A stretch of 64,000 bases of DNA, taken from contig JBMOIC010000010.1 in the NCBI GenBank assembly GCA_049317525.1, positions 125 through 64,124 of the forward strand, read 5' to 3'. The DNA is from Bacteroidota bacterium. GTDB taxonomy: Bacteria; Bacteroidota; Ignavibacteria; Kapaibacteriales; UBA961. Below the pieces are notes generated by a model. That model had not been told where the DNA came from and did not search any database. It saw only the letters and a program-made list of their open reading frames with translations. Every line of letters starts with the position of its first letter. Position 1 is the first letter of the stretch. This document shows positions 31,841 to 42,128 of the stretch, in pieces. The translations under genes and the position numbers were made by a program.

Positions 31841-32890
31841 ATGCAACATATGATTGATCTAAGAAGCGATACAGTTACTAAACCTACCGAAGAGATGCGA
31901 ATATGCATGGCGCATGCAGATGTAGGTGATGATATTTATGGTGAAGACCCAACAATCAATCATTTGCAAGAATATATTGCAGATATGTTTCAAAAAGAAG
32001 CTGCGTTATTTGTTCCAACTGGAGTAATGAGTAATCAGATAGCATTGGCTATTCATACAAAAAAAGGTGATGAAATTATTGTTGAAAGTCAATCACACTT
32101 ATTTCATTATGAAACATCTGCACCTTCAATCATATCAGGAGTTCAAATGTATTGTGTTCCTTCACAATATGGTGAAATCCCCTTAGAATCTATATCCGAA
32201 GCAATACGTCCACCAGATTATTATTTTCCCACTACAAGTTTAGTGTGCTTAGAACAAACGCATAATCGTCATGGAGGCACAGTTTTATCACTTGAATATC
32301 TTCAATCTGTTTCAGAAATGTTAAAAGAAAAAGAGATTAAATTTCATTGCGATGGAGCCCGTATTTGGAATGCATGTGCAGAAACAGGTATTTCCCCACA
32401 TGAATATGCTCGGAATTTTGATACTGTATCAGTGTGCCTATCAAAAGGACTAGGCTCCCCTGCTGGGTCTGTATTATTAGGAAATAAGAAGCACATAGAA
32501 TTAGCAAGAAAATGGCGCAAAATATTAGGTGGAGGTATGAGGCAATCTGGCATCTTAGCAGCTGGAGGTTTATATGCTTTACAATACCATAGAAAATTGC
32601 TAAACAATGATCATCATAATGCAAGGCTTTTTGCAGAAATGATTGCAAGTTCAGGATTATGTACTATTGCTAATAGTAATCATAAAGTAGATACAAATAT
32701 TGTAATTATTGAATGTTTACAAGGAGTTAAACCATTAGATTTTATTGATGAATGTAAGAAAAGACATCTTATTATATCTATGGGACGTTCCAATTGTGTA
32801 AGAGCCGTATTTCATTTTCAAGTTTCTACAGAGCAAACCATACAAGCAGCTCAAATTGCTGTAGAAGCTTTACAAGTATTAGCTCAATAA
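31841..32890 (+). CDS. ltaE: low-specificity L-threonine aldolase
   Basis: MIDLRSDTVTKPT...GDDIYGEDPT is the N-terminal signature of the beta-eliminating lyase/threonine aldolase family. Confidence 0.75.
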   Translation: MQHMIDLRSDTVTKPTEEMRICMAHADVGDDIYGEDPTINHLQEYIADMFQKEAALFVPTGVMSNQIALAIHTKKGDEIIVESQSHLFHYETSAPSIISGVQMYCVPSQYGEIPLESISEAIRPPDYYFPTTSLVCLEQTHNRHGGTVLSLEYLQSVSEMLKEKEIKFHCDGARIWNACAETGISPHEYARNFDTVSVCLSKGLGSPAGSVLLGNKKHIELARKWRKILGGGMRQSGILAAGGLYALQYHRKLLNNDHHNARLFAEMIASSGLCTIANSNHKVDTNIVIIECLQGVKPLDFIDECKKRHLIISMGRSNCVRAVFHFQVSTEQTIQAAQIAVEALQVLAQ

Positions 32891-32918
32891 TGCTTTATAA
32901 TAAATAGCCTACTTCATT

Positions 32919-33389
32919 ATGAAACAAATACAACCTCATCAACATACAATTGATAGTATTAAATATAAACATCGTTTGACTGGAAAAGTAAAAAGCTTCG
33001 AAGTTGATAGACAAAATATTGTTCATAATGCCGTATATATATACTGGCTGGAAGAATCTAGAATTGAATATTTTAGGTCTATTGGAATATCTATTGACTC
33101 CGAAACATTCATTACAAAAGATCGATTTGTTGTTGCTAAGAATGAAGTTAATTATGTTTCGCCTGCACAGTTTGATCAATCATATATACTTCTAACCAGA
33201 GTTTCAGAAATCCATAATTCTTCCATCATATTTGATCAAATCATTCTATCCTATCCAGATAATCAATTAATTGTACAAGCAACAGGTGTTCTAGTTAATC
33301 TTAATCCGATAACAAATGCACCCGAAAGAATACATGATGATTATAGAAAGTTAGTTATAGATTATGAAGATTATGCTGTTTTACAATAA
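32919..33389 (+). CDS. acyl-CoA thioesterase, 4HBT/hotdog fold (YbgC-like)
   Basis: 156 aa. The hotdog-fold motif is N.VHNAVYIYWLEESRIEYF. Confidence 0.55.
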   Translation: MKQIQPHQHTIDSIKYKHRLTGKVKSFEVDRQNIVHNAVYIYWLEESRIEYFRSIGISIDSETFITKDRFVVAKNEVNYVSPAQFDQSYILLTRVSEIHNSSIIFDQIILSYPDNQLIVQATGVLVNLNPITNAPERIHDDYRKLVIDYEDYAVLQ

Positions 33390-33403
33390 ATACTTATAGT
33401 TCA

Positions 33404-35548
33404 TTGAACATGAAACATATTTCAATAATAATCTTACTATTAGCTTTAATACAATGTTATAGAGTTGATGCTCAAGATACACCAGTGTGGTATTGGGGTG
33501 CTTATGCTGGTATAAACATGAATACTCATAATGCTAATTTTAAAGAAATACAAGGTTATCCAACTTGTTGTTTACAATTTGAGAATGGAACTGGTTTAGG
33601 TTATGCAATAGGTGGGCTTCTGCAAATTCCACTTAATAATTCATTGTATGCTGGCCTTAGATTAGGTATTCATAATCCCAGTGGCACTTTATTATCTAAT
33701 GAAAATATTGGTTTTCAATTTATCAGAAATCCCAATCCTCCATTTGATACAATTGGCGCTCCAATTACTGTAGAACATTCAATTGTTGCGAACTTATTAC
33801 AAATACATATTCAGCCTTCCCTACTGTATCAAATAAGTAATTCATTATTCTTATCTGCTTCACTTGGTGCTTATTATGTAATGAATGCAAATTTTGAACA
33901 AAAAGAAACACTCATTAGTCCATCAAATGCCACATTTTTAGATGGAAAAAAAATAAGAAATGAAGCAAATGGAATAATCCCAGAATATTCTCAGATTCTA
34001 TTAAGTGGTGATATTGGTATGAGCTATGATATACCAATATCTAAGCATATGTTTATTTCTCCATATATCTCTTATCATTTACCATTTAATTCTTTAAGCA
34101 GCTTAGATTGGAAAGTGAATACTCTACAATTGGGCTTATCATTCAAAAATGGTATTCTTCCTACAAAAGAAAAACTGTACATAAAAGATACTATCTATCA
34201 AAGAGATACTATTATTCATCAGATATCAGACATCTCGAGTATTCAGCTTAGAATAGATCATAAATCTTCAGAAATACAGGAAAAAGTTATAGACAATACC
34301 ATCATTCAAACTGTATATATTTCGGAATCATATATCAAAGAAGTGCCCATCATCAAAGCTAAAAAAGCACTTTCATTATCTATGCAAACCTCTGGTATAG
34401 ACAAAAAAGGTAATCGTACAAAAGACCCAACTATTCAGATCGAAGAAATTGAAACAACAGAAACTTTTCCTTTACTTCCTTATGTATTTTTTAATGAAGG
34501 CGAATATAAATTATCATCAACTGCTCAACATCTATTAAATAGCGATGAATCCACATTGTTTAGTGAAAAAGATATTCCTTCATCGACATTAAATATTTAC
34601 AAAGACATGTTAAATATTATTGCTTTTAGAATGCAATCTGAAAAAGGATCTGTTTTAATCATAGGAAATAATAATACTTCAGGTAAAGATACAATTGAAG
34701 GAATCAGTGAAAAAAGAGCTAATGAAGTAGCAAACTATTTACATAATACTTGGTCAATACCTAATTCCAGAATAAATAAAGTAATTGGAAAATTACCTAA
34801 AAAGCCTTCTAGCAATACAAATCCATTAGGACAAGCTGAAAATAGTCGAGTAGAAATTGAATCAAATTCATTGTCTCTGATAAAGCCAATCATTAAACAA
34901 ACAATTGAAATCTCGGCAAATCCTCCTTCTTTAGAGATTAATCTATTAGAAACATCTTCAGATTCATTAGCATCATGGGATGTATCTATCATGCAAAATG
35001 GCACTGTATTTCAAATGTATAAAGGTACAGGTAAAATTCCGAATCAACCATATTTATGGGATATACCTGTAAATAAATCTATTGTAAACGAGGAACCGAT
35101 TAAGGTAAAACTTCATGCTATAGATACAAATGGAAATGAGCAAACCATTGAAAAAGAGATTACATTACAACAACTTACTATTAATAAGAAAAGAGAAGAA
35201 TTTAAAGATGACAAGAAAATTGATAGATTCTCCTTATTGCTTTTTGATCATAATAGTGCTGAATTAGATAAAAAGAATGTAGATATTATTAATACTATTA
35301 AATCATTTATTTCGCCTAATTCAAAGGTAATAATAACAGGTTATGCAGATATCACAGGTGAGAAACTTTATAATCAAGAATTAACTAGAAAAAGATGTCT
35401 AGAAGTACAAAAAAAGTTAGATATACCTGATTCAAGAACTGATATCATTCCTATGGGTAGCGATATCCTTTTATATGATAATGATTCTCCCCAAGGCAGA
35501 AGTTATTCAAGAACGGTTCAAATTCAAATTGAAACACCAATACACTAA
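33404..35548 (+). CDS. OmpA-family protein: N-terminal OM beta-barrel-like domain plus tandem OmpA-like C-terminal module
   Basis: It has a signal peptide. Two OmpA-like peptidoglycan-binding domains are present (FPLLPYVFF..., and ...LLLFDHNSAELD...ITGYADITGE...RSYSRTVQIQIETPIH). It is a paralog of the C-terminal module of the 59434..62184 protein. Confidence 0.65.
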   Translation: MNMKHISIIILLLALIQCYRVDAQDTPVWYWGAYAGINMNTHNANFKEIQGYPTCCLQFENGTGLGYAIGGLLQIPLNNSLYAGLRLGIHNPSGTLLSNENIGFQFIRNPNPPFDTIGAPITVEHSIVANLLQIHIQPSLLYQISNSLFLSASLGAYYVMNANFEQKETLISPSNATFLDGKKIRNEANGIIPEYSQILLSGDIGMSYDIPISKHMFISPYISYHLPFNSLSSLDWKVNTLQLGLSFKNGILPTKEKLYIKDTIYQRDTIIHQISDISSIQLRIDHKSSEIQEKVIDNTIIQTVYISESYIKEVPIIKAKKALSLSMQTSGIDKKGNRTKDPTIQIEEIETTETFPLLPYVFFNEGEYKLSSTAQHLLNSDESTLFSEKDIPSSTLNIYKDMLNIIAFRMQSEKGSVLIIGNNNTSGKDTIEGISEKRANEVANYLHNTWSIPNSRINKVIGKLPKKPSSNTNPLGQAENSRVEIESNSLSLIKPIIKQTIEISANPPSLEINLLETSSDSLASWDVSIMQNGTVFQMYKGTGKIPNQPYLWDIPVNKSIVNEEPIKVKLHAIDTNGNEQTIEKEITLQQLTINKKREEFKDDKKIDRFSLLLFDHNSAELDKKNVDIINTIKSFISPNSKVIITGYADITGEKLYNQELTRKRCLEVQKKLDIPDSRTDIIPMGSDILLYDNDSPQGRSYSRTVQIQIETPIH

Positions 35549-35644
35549 TATATATTTTTGATTTTAAAAGAGAGTAACAGCGTAAAATTCATGTTAAATC
35601 TCTAATTTTGTGAAAAGATTTTTTACCCGCGATTGGATCTACAT

Positions 35645-36913
35645 ATGAGCTATTTAAAATTAATTCCACCTACAAAAGGTCAGAATATTACAGTTGGTGC
35701 AGATGGCAGTTTAATTGTACCTAATAATCCAATTATTCCTTTTATAGAAGGAGATGGAACAGGCGCTGATATTTGGGCGGCTTCTGTAAAAGTATTGGAT
35801 GCAGCTGTAGCAAAAGCATATGGTGGAACAAAATCTATAGAATGGTTTGAAGTATTTGCTGGTGAAAAATCGAATACAGTGTATGGCGAAAATACATGGT
35901 TACCAGAAGATACATTAACAGCTTTGCGTGAATATATAGTTGGCATCAAAGGCCCTTTAACTACACCTGTAGGAGGTGGCATAACGTCTATCAATGTTGC
36001 ATTACGCCAGTTGATGGATTTATATGTATGCTTAAGGCCCATAAAATATTTTAAAGGAGTACCTTCACCAGTTAAGCATCCTGAAAAAGTAGATATGGTT
36101 ATTTTTAGAGAAAATACAGAAGATATTTATGCAGGAATAGAGTTCAAAGCTGGTAGTCCAGATGCAAAAAAAATGCTTGATTTCTTACACACAGAATTTC
36201 CTGCATTTTATAAAAAAATTCGCTTTGCTCAAGAAGCGCCTGATTTAGTTGGATTAGGCATCAAACCAGTTTCTGCACCGGGCTCTAAACGTTTGATAAG
36301 AGCTGCGCTTAAATATGCTTTAAGCCAAGGTAAAAGCAGTGTAACTTTAGTTCATAAAGGCAATATCATGAAATTTACATCTGGTGCATTTCGTGATTGG
36401 GGTTATGAATTAGTTCGAGAAGAATTTAGCGATGTAGCAGTAGGTTGGGATGATTGCGGAGGAAAGCCAGGAGATAAGATGCTTGTTAAAGATTCAATAG
36501 CAGATGCTTTTTTGCAACAGATATTAACAAGGCCAGAAGAATATGATGTAATTGCTACAATGAATTTAAATGGTGACTATATCAGTGATGCTTTAGCAGC
36601 TCAGGTTGGAGGTATTGGAATTGCACCTGGTGCCAATATTAATTATGATAATGGTTATGCCATTTTCGAAGCAACTCATGGAACAGCGCCAAAATATGCT
36701 GGTTTAGACAAAGTAAATCCGGGCTCTGTAATTCTATCTGGTGAAATGATGTTTAGATACTTAGGATGGAATGAGGCAGCCGATCTCATTATCAAAGGTA
36801 TGAATGGTGCAATTAATGCTAAAACTGTAACATATGATTTCGCACGTTTGATGGAAGGTGCAACAGAAGTTAAATGTTCAGAATTCGGTGATGCAGTTAT
36901 CAGCCATATGTAA
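35645..36913 (+). CDS. icd: NADP-dependent isocitrate dehydrogenase
   Basis: It is near-collinear with E. coli Icd ([60 protein letters not shown]). An alternative start lies at 35633. Confidence 0.9.
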   Translation: MSYLKLIPPTKGQNITVGADGSLIVPNNPIIPFIEGDGTGADIWAASVKVLDAAVAKAYGGTKSIEWFEVFAGEKSNTVYGENTWLPEDTLTALREYIVGIKGPLTTPVGGGITSINVALRQLMDLYVCLRPIKYFKGVPSPVKHPEKVDMVIFRENTEDIYAGIEFKAGSPDAKKMLDFLHTEFPAFYKKIRFAQEAPDLVGLGIKPVSAPGSKRLIRAALKYALSQGKSSVTLVHKGNIMKFTSGAFRDWGYELVREEFSDVAVGWDDCGGKPGDKMLVKDSIADAFLQQILTRPEEYDVIATMNLNGDYISDALAAQVGGIGIAPGANINYDNGYAIFEATHGTAPKYAGLDKVNPGSVILSGEMMFRYLGWNEAADLIIKGMNGAINAKTVTYDFARLMEGATEVKCSEFGDAVISHM

Positions 36914-36933
36914 TATATCTCGCGAACATTATA

Positions 36934-36978
36934 GGGAGACGCGAAATCACATTGACTTCGGGTCTCCTTCTCTTTTTA
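36934..36978 (+). terminator. intrinsic terminator after icd
   Basis: The stem GGAGACGCGAA...TTCGGGTCTCC is followed by TTCTCTTTTT. Confidence 0.5.
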
Positions 36979-37027
36979 TAAGCAACCATTTCAGAAAATA
37001 CATTTTTAAAAAAAACAGCAAATTATC

Positions 37028-38635
37028 ATGGCAGTTAAAAAAACTAAGTTTATCTTCATTTCTGGTGGTGTACTTTCCTCTTTAGGAAAAGGTATTGCTT
37101 CTGCCTCTTTAGGTTTATTGTTAAAACAAAGAGGATTATCAGTAACAATCATGAAATTTGATCCATATATTAATGTTGATCCTGGAACAATGAGTCCACA
37201 ACAACATGGTGAAGTATATGTAACTGATGATGGCGCAGAATGTGATTTAGATTTAGGCCATTATGAACGATATTTAGATGTATCTGGAACACGTTATAAT
37301 AGTGTATCTTCGGGGCAAGTGTATTTTGAAGTGATTCAAAAAGAAAGAGAAGGTAGTTATTTAGGAAAAACAGTTCAAGTGATTCCTCATATAACTGATG
37401 AAATTAAACGTCGTATGACAATTTACGATAAGCAATATGATATCGTTATCATAGAAATTGGGGGCACTGTAGGCGATATAGAATCTTTGCCTTTTATGGA
37501 AACCGTTAGGCAAATTTGCCTAGAGAGAGGACCCAAAAATACATTGAATATTCATCTTACCTATGTTCCATATATTAAATCTGCAGGTGAGTTAAAAACA
37601 AAGCCGACACAACATTCGGCTAAAATGCTTATGGAAATGGGTATAAGGCCAGATATTTTATTATGTAGAACTGAATTACCATTAAATAAAGAAATCACTT
37701 CAAAAATTGCCTTATTCTGCAATGTCGAAGAAGATTCAGTAATTGAAGTTATGGATGCTGAAACGATCTATGAAGTTCCTACAAGCCTTGCTAAAAAGAA
37801 CCTTGATCAAATTGTTCTGCGTAAATTTGGTATGCCTGTTGGAAAACTTGATTTAGATACATGGAATAAATTTGTTGCGCGTATTAAAAATCCTAAGTTT
37901 TCTGTCACAATTGGTTTAGTTGGTAAATACAATCAAGTTAAAGACTCGTATAAAAGCATTCTTGAGGCATTTATTCATGCTGGCGCTATTAATAATACCA
38001 AAGTTGATGTTGTATGGATTGATTCAGAAACAATTCAAAAAAACAATGCTGCGCAAGCGTTAAAAGGTTTGGATGGTATTCTGGTTGCACCAGGTTTTGG
38101 AAACAGAGGAATTGAAGGGAAAATTGAATCAATTAGATTTGCTAGAGAACAATCTATCCCGTTTTTTGGTATTTGCTTAGGTATGCAATGCGCAGTAATC
38201 GAATTTGCGCGGAATGTAGCTGGTATGAAAGATGCAAATTCTGGAGAATTTAAAAAAGGAAAGAATTTGGTAATTAATCTAATGTCTTCGCAAAAAAATA
38301 TCACAGATAAGGGTGGAACAATGCGTTTAGGTTCTTATCCATGTAATATCAGAAAAGGTACTTTAGCATATGCAGCTTATGGTACAGAATCTATCGAAGA
38401 AAGACATCGTCACAGATATGAGTTCAATAATGCTTATCGCACTATATTAGAGCAACACGGTATGAAATTAAGTGGTGTTTCTCCTGATACTACGTTGATT
38501 GAAATTATAGAATTGAAGAATCATCCTTGGTTTGTTGGTGTTCAGTTTCATCCAGAATATAAATCTCGAGCAGTAAAAGGGCATCCACTATTCATCGATT
38601 TTGTGAAGGCTGCTTTAACGAATAAAAAGAATTAA
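37028..38635 (+). CDS. pyrG: CTP synthase
   Basis: The N-terminus is [21 protein letters not shown]. The C-terminal GATase domain carries the GICLGMQ catalytic Cys. Confidence 0.95.
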   Translation: MAVKKTKFIFISGGVLSSLGKGIASASLGLLLKQRGLSVTIMKFDPYINVDPGTMSPQQHGEVYVTDDGAECDLDLGHYERYLDVSGTRYNSVSSGQVYFEVIQKEREGSYLGKTVQVIPHITDEIKRRMTIYDKQYDIVIIEIGGTVGDIESLPFMETVRQICLERGPKNTLNIHLTYVPYIKSAGELKTKPTQHSAKMLMEMGIRPDILLCRTELPLNKEITSKIALFCNVEEDSVIEVMDAETIYEVPTSLAKKNLDQIVLRKFGMPVGKLDLDTWNKFVARIKNPKFSVTIGLVGKYNQVKDSYKSILEAFIHAGAINNTKVDVVWIDSETIQKNNAAQALKGLDGILVAPGFGNRGIEGKIESIRFAREQSIPFFGICLGMQCAVIEFARNVAGMKDANSGEFKKGKNLVINLMSSQKNITDKGGTMRLGSYPCNIRKGTLAYAAYGTESIEERHRHRYEFNNAYRTILEQHGMKLSGVSPDTTLIEIIELKNHPWFVGVQFHPEYKSRAVKGHPLFIDFVKAALTNKKN

Positions 38636-38665
38636 TCATTACCACCTAAAAGAGTAATTACTTCT

Positions 38666-39766
38666 TTAGGTAAATTTTTGTCCTTTCCATATAACTGATT
38701 TCTTTAAGAATAAGAATGGAATGATTGCTTCTATAATCATCATAAAGATCATTCCAGGAAATACATAGGCAATTTTATTCATTCTTTTAAGTGCTGCCAA
38801 TGATGGTATAACTAGAATATAGTCTCCCATTATTCTAATTATCAAGATCATGATAAGCTCATTCCATGCATGATGATATATTGCATATGCTAAAAAAGCC
38901 CAGAATATAAATGCAAAGAAAACAAAAATATGCTTTCTCCATCCTAATCCATTTGAACCCTTTATCCAACGATGAAGTTGCTTAATAAAATCAGACCAAT
39001 GTAAGCAAGGTTTTGTTTCAACTGCACATTCTTGATCGCATGGATATATGATTTTCCATCCTGATTTATGAACAGTTTGTAGTAATGATAAGTCTTCTGT
39101 TACTGAAAATGGAATGCCAGGATAGCCACCAATCTGTTGGTAAACAGCAAGCCTAATCGACAAATTATTGCCAAAACATCCTAATGGTTGGTCTAAAGAA
39201 ACACCAATACAAGCTAATGTATGGTTCATTAGCCATTCCATATCTTGCATATGTTGAAAAAATGATTCCCCTTGAACCACTGTATAAGAAGCAACTAATC
39301 CAACATTGGGATTATTAAATTGTTTTGCAATTGATTCAATCCATGTGGCTGCAACCGAACAGTCAGCATCAGTCATCATTATAATATCACTGTTAGAATG
39401 TAGTATACCTAAATGTAAAGCACCGGGTTTACCTTTAAGATTACCTTCTCTTTCTTCAATTGCATGTATCACTGTAACTTGTGGATACTTAGCAGCAAAA
39501 GTATTTGCTATTTCCCCTGTTTTATCTGATGATCTATCATTTACTACAATAATATCAAAATTGCTATATGTACTTTGTAGTAGAGAATGTAAACATATTG
39601 CAAGATTATCTTCTTCATTTCTAGCAGGAACGATAACCGATACTTTATGCAATGACTGATTGGATTGTCTTTTTCTTGCTTTTGTACGTTCTAAAGAAGC
39701 TGCAACAATAAATAGCAAAGCTTTTACTGTAAATAGTCCTGCAACCATGAAAAAGAAAATAGACAT
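38666..39766 (-). CDS. membrane-embedded GT2 glycosyltransferase (TM-GT2-TM architecture, ceramide/diacylglycerol or hopanoid glycosyltransferase-like)
   Basis: VSVIVPARNEEDNL, DADC and the QxxRW-like region HRWIKG are present. TM helices flank the domain at both ends. Confidence 0.65.
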   Translation of the reverse strand: MSIFFFMVAGLFTVKALLFIVAASLERTKARKRQSNQSLHKVSVIVPARNEEDNLAICLHSLLQSTYSNFDIIVVNDRSSDKTGEIANTFAAKYPQVTVIHAIEEREGNLKGKPGALHLGILHSNSDIIMMTDADCSVAATWIESIAKQFNNPNVGLVASYTVVQGESFFQHMQDMEWLMNHTLACIGVSLDQPLGCFGNNLSIRLAVYQQIGGYPGIPFSVTEDLSLLQTVHKSGWKIIYPCDQECAVETKPCLHWSDFIKQLHRWIKGSNGLGWRKHIFVFFAFIFWAFLAYAIYHHAWNELIMILIIRIMGDYILVIPSLAALKRMNKIAYVFPGMIFMMIIEAIIPFLFLKKSVIWKGQKFT

Positions 39767-39795
39767 ATATTATCTAAAGGTGAGATAATCAATAC

Positions 39796-41136
39796 TTATT
39801 GTAAAGATCCGACTATTTTTCTTCCTATACTATGATATTCAAATCCTAATTCAGCTATAGTATTTGGCTCATATAAATTTCTTCCATCAAATATTATGGG
39901 CATTGCCATATTATGTTTCATTAAAGCAAAGTCAGGCTTTCTAAACTCATTCCATTCTGTTGCAATAATTAATACTGCCGCGTCTGTTAATATTTCATAT
40001 GAATTTGATCCATAATGCAAAGTATCCGCATATATATGTTTTGTATTTGGCATTGCTTCAGGATCATAAACATGAATATTAGCTTCTTGTTTCAGTAATG
40101 AGTCTATAATCCTATATGCAGGCGCTTCTCTTACATCATCTGTATTAGGCTTAAAAGCTAAACCCCATACTGCAATTTTAACGCCTTTAAGATTTCCTAA
40201 ACGGTTAATGATATTAAGAATAAATCTATCTGTTTGAAATGTATTAGCAGCTTCAACTGCATGTATGATACCTAAAGGGGTTCCTACTGAATCTGTAGAA
40301 TACAATAATGCTTTTACATCTTTTGGAAAGCAACTTCCACCATAACCAATACCAGCAAATAAGAACCTTTTGCCAATTCTAGTATCAGAACCTATTCCAA
40401 TTCTTACATTTTCTATATCAGCACCAATTGCTTCACAATAACCGGACAATTCATTCATAAATGAAATTCTCATAGCTAAAAAGCAATTAGCTGCATACTT
40501 TGTGATTTCAGCACTTTTCTCATCCATAACATACATAGGATTACCACTTCTTAGAAATGGTTCATATAAATCCCTCATAGCTTTTTCTGCATATGCATTG
40601 CTAGTACCCACTACAACTCTATCAGGTTTCATAAAATCTTCAACTGCAAAACCTTCCCTGAGAAATTCTGGATTACTAACAATTTCTATAGTAAATCCGG
40701 GTGCATATTGTTGGCATACCGCCCGAACTCTTTCGGATGTAGCCACTGGTACAGTGCTTTTATTTACTAATATTCTAGGCTCTGAAATATTGTTTGATTT
40801 GATAAAAACAGATATATCTTTAGCAGCATCCAGAACATAATTTAAATCTGCAGATCCATCCTCGCCAGGCGGAGTTGGTAAACAAAGAAATAATATCTCA
40901 CATGATTTGGTTGCATATTCAAGATCATTTGTAAAATGCAATCTTCCATTTTTTATATTTCTTTCTAATAAATGTTCTAAACCAGGTTCATAAATTGGCA
41001 TGATTCCAAGCTTAAGCTTATTTACTTTATCTACATTAACATCAACACATATCACTGTATTTCCGCTTTCTGCAAAACAAGTTCCGGTAACTAGTCCTAC
41101 ATATCCTGTTCCAATTATTCCAATTGTTTGGGCCAT
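39796..41136 (-). CDS. ugd: UDP-glucose 6-dehydrogenase
   Basis: The Rossmann motif is IGIIGTGYVGLVTGTCFAE. The catalytic-Cys region is GGSCFPKD. Confidence 0.85.
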   Translation of the reverse strand: MAQTIGIIGTGYVGLVTGTCFAESGNTVICVDVNVDKVNKLKLGIMPIYEPGLEHLLERNIKNGRLHFTNDLEYATKSCEILFLCLPTPPGEDGSADLNYVLDAAKDISVFIKSNNISEPRILVNKSTVPVATSERVRAVCQQYAPGFTIEIVSNPEFLREGFAVEDFMKPDRVVVGTSNAYAEKAMRDLYEPFLRSGNPMYVMDEKSAEITKYAANCFLAMRISFMNELSGYCEAIGADIENVRIGIGSDTRIGKRFLFAGIGYGGSCFPKDVKALLYSTDSVGTPLGIIHAVEAANTFQTDRFILNIINRLGNLKGVKIAVWGLAFKPNTDDVREAPAYRIIDSLLKQEANIHVYDPEAMPNTKHIYADTLHYGSNSYEILTDAAVLIIATEWNEFRKPDFALMKHNMAMPIIFDGRNLYEPNTIAELGFEYHSIGRKIVGSLQ

Positions 41137-41166
41137 GGTTAAATCCGATTATATAGAGTAAGTGAA

Positions 41167-41364
41167 TTATTGATTATTCACTAGTTTTAAGATAACAAGT
41201 ATTAGAATTATGAGTGCACAAATGGTGAATGCAAATTTAATGAATGTGCGCGCTAACTTGAAGAGTAAGGCGATAATAATAATCGCTATGATAAGTAAAG
41301 GTAAAGCTCCTAAAGTTAATAACCAATGATAAATACTTGATATCTGATCCATTTTTACATTCAA
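41167..41364 (-). CDS. hypothetical small two-TM membrane protein
   Basis: 65 aa with two hydrophobic helices. The start overlaps the upstream TonB-like gene stop by 4 nt. Confidence 0.3.
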   Translation of the reverse strand: MNVKMDQISSIYHWLLTLGALPLLIIAIIIIALLFKLARTFIKFAFTICALIILILVILKLVNNQ

Positions 41365-42119
41365 TCCATTTTAAAACTAAATGTTATTATTCCAGACATT
41401 TCAACACCATCTGCTATCTTATTAAATCGCCAACGCTTTAATGCACTTAATGACTGTTGTTCAAGTAATGGATCACCTTTTTGCATTGGCTTCATATTTG
41501 CAACAGTTCCATCGGCTAATACAGTAAACTTTACTTTTAATTGGACATTTCTATCAAGCTTATTAGGACTTTTAGGTAATACTTTGCTTAATACAGTTCG
41601 ATTGCCTCCACCGCCCCATTCGATGTCTCCTAATCCTAAGCCTAAACCAGTCCCTATTCCCTTATCACCAAGGCCAGTACCAGAACCAGCTCCATTTCCT
41701 ATAGTTTTTCCACCACCAGATACACTATCCTTATCAGTTTTATTACTCTCAGACACTTTATCTTTTGCAATCAAGCTATTACTTTTTGTTGGGTCATTTG
41801 CAGAAGATGCTGATTTATCTTTACTAGCATCTTCTAGAGGATTAGATGGTTTTTTACCTGATGAAGAAATACCCTCAGCTGTTAAATTACCTTTTCTTTT
41901 ACCAGTTCCATCCCCTTCACCAAAATTGAGAAGAATTATTGGATGCGAAATATGTTCAATCTTGATTGGATCAATTACTACTTTGGTATATGTAAAAAAT
42001 ATCAATAATAAAACCATACAAATAAATGCATATACAAAGCCCTTTACTGTAAATTTGTCCCAAATAAAAACAAAATTTACACGTGCATTATTTTCAGTAT
42101 TTCTTGCATGATAACTCAT
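41361..42119 (-). CDS. TonB-family protein (N-terminal TM anchor, Gly-rich linker, TonB C-terminal domain)
   Basis: The C-terminus LKVKFTVLADGTVANMKPMQKG...ALKRWRF is TonB_C-like. The Gly-rich linker is GSGTGLGDKGIGTGLGLGLG. Confidence 0.6.
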   Translation of the reverse strand: MSYHARNTENNARVNFVFIWDKFTVKGFVYAFICMVLLLIFFTYTKVVIDPIKIEHISHPIILLNFGEGDGTGKRKGNLTAEGISSSGKKPSNPLEDASKDKSASSANDPTKSNSLIAKDKVSESNKTDKDSVSGGGKTIGNGAGSGTGLGDKGIGTGLGLGLGDIEWGGGGNRTVLSKVLPKSPNKLDRNVQLKVKFTVLADGTVANMKPMQKGDPLLEQQSLSALKRWRFNKIADGVEMSGIITFSFKMD

Positions 42120-42128
42120 AGGATATTT

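Noticed and set aside
32337-33195. Overlapping short ORFs around ltaE and the thioesterase (32337..32648, 32344..32607, 32895..33179, 33004..33195)
   Set aside because: They overlap well-supported genes in other frames and have AT-rich chance translations.
35680-36042. 120-aa antisense ORF inside icd
   Set aside because: icd is near-identical in architecture to E. coli Icd, so the antisense ORF is spurious.
36914-37027. Possible pyrG CTP-sensing reiterative-transcription leader
   Set aside because: The region upstream of pyrG lacks the G-run/C motif used in Bacillus-type pyrG attenuation. Only the icd terminator and an AT-rich promoter-like stretch are visible.
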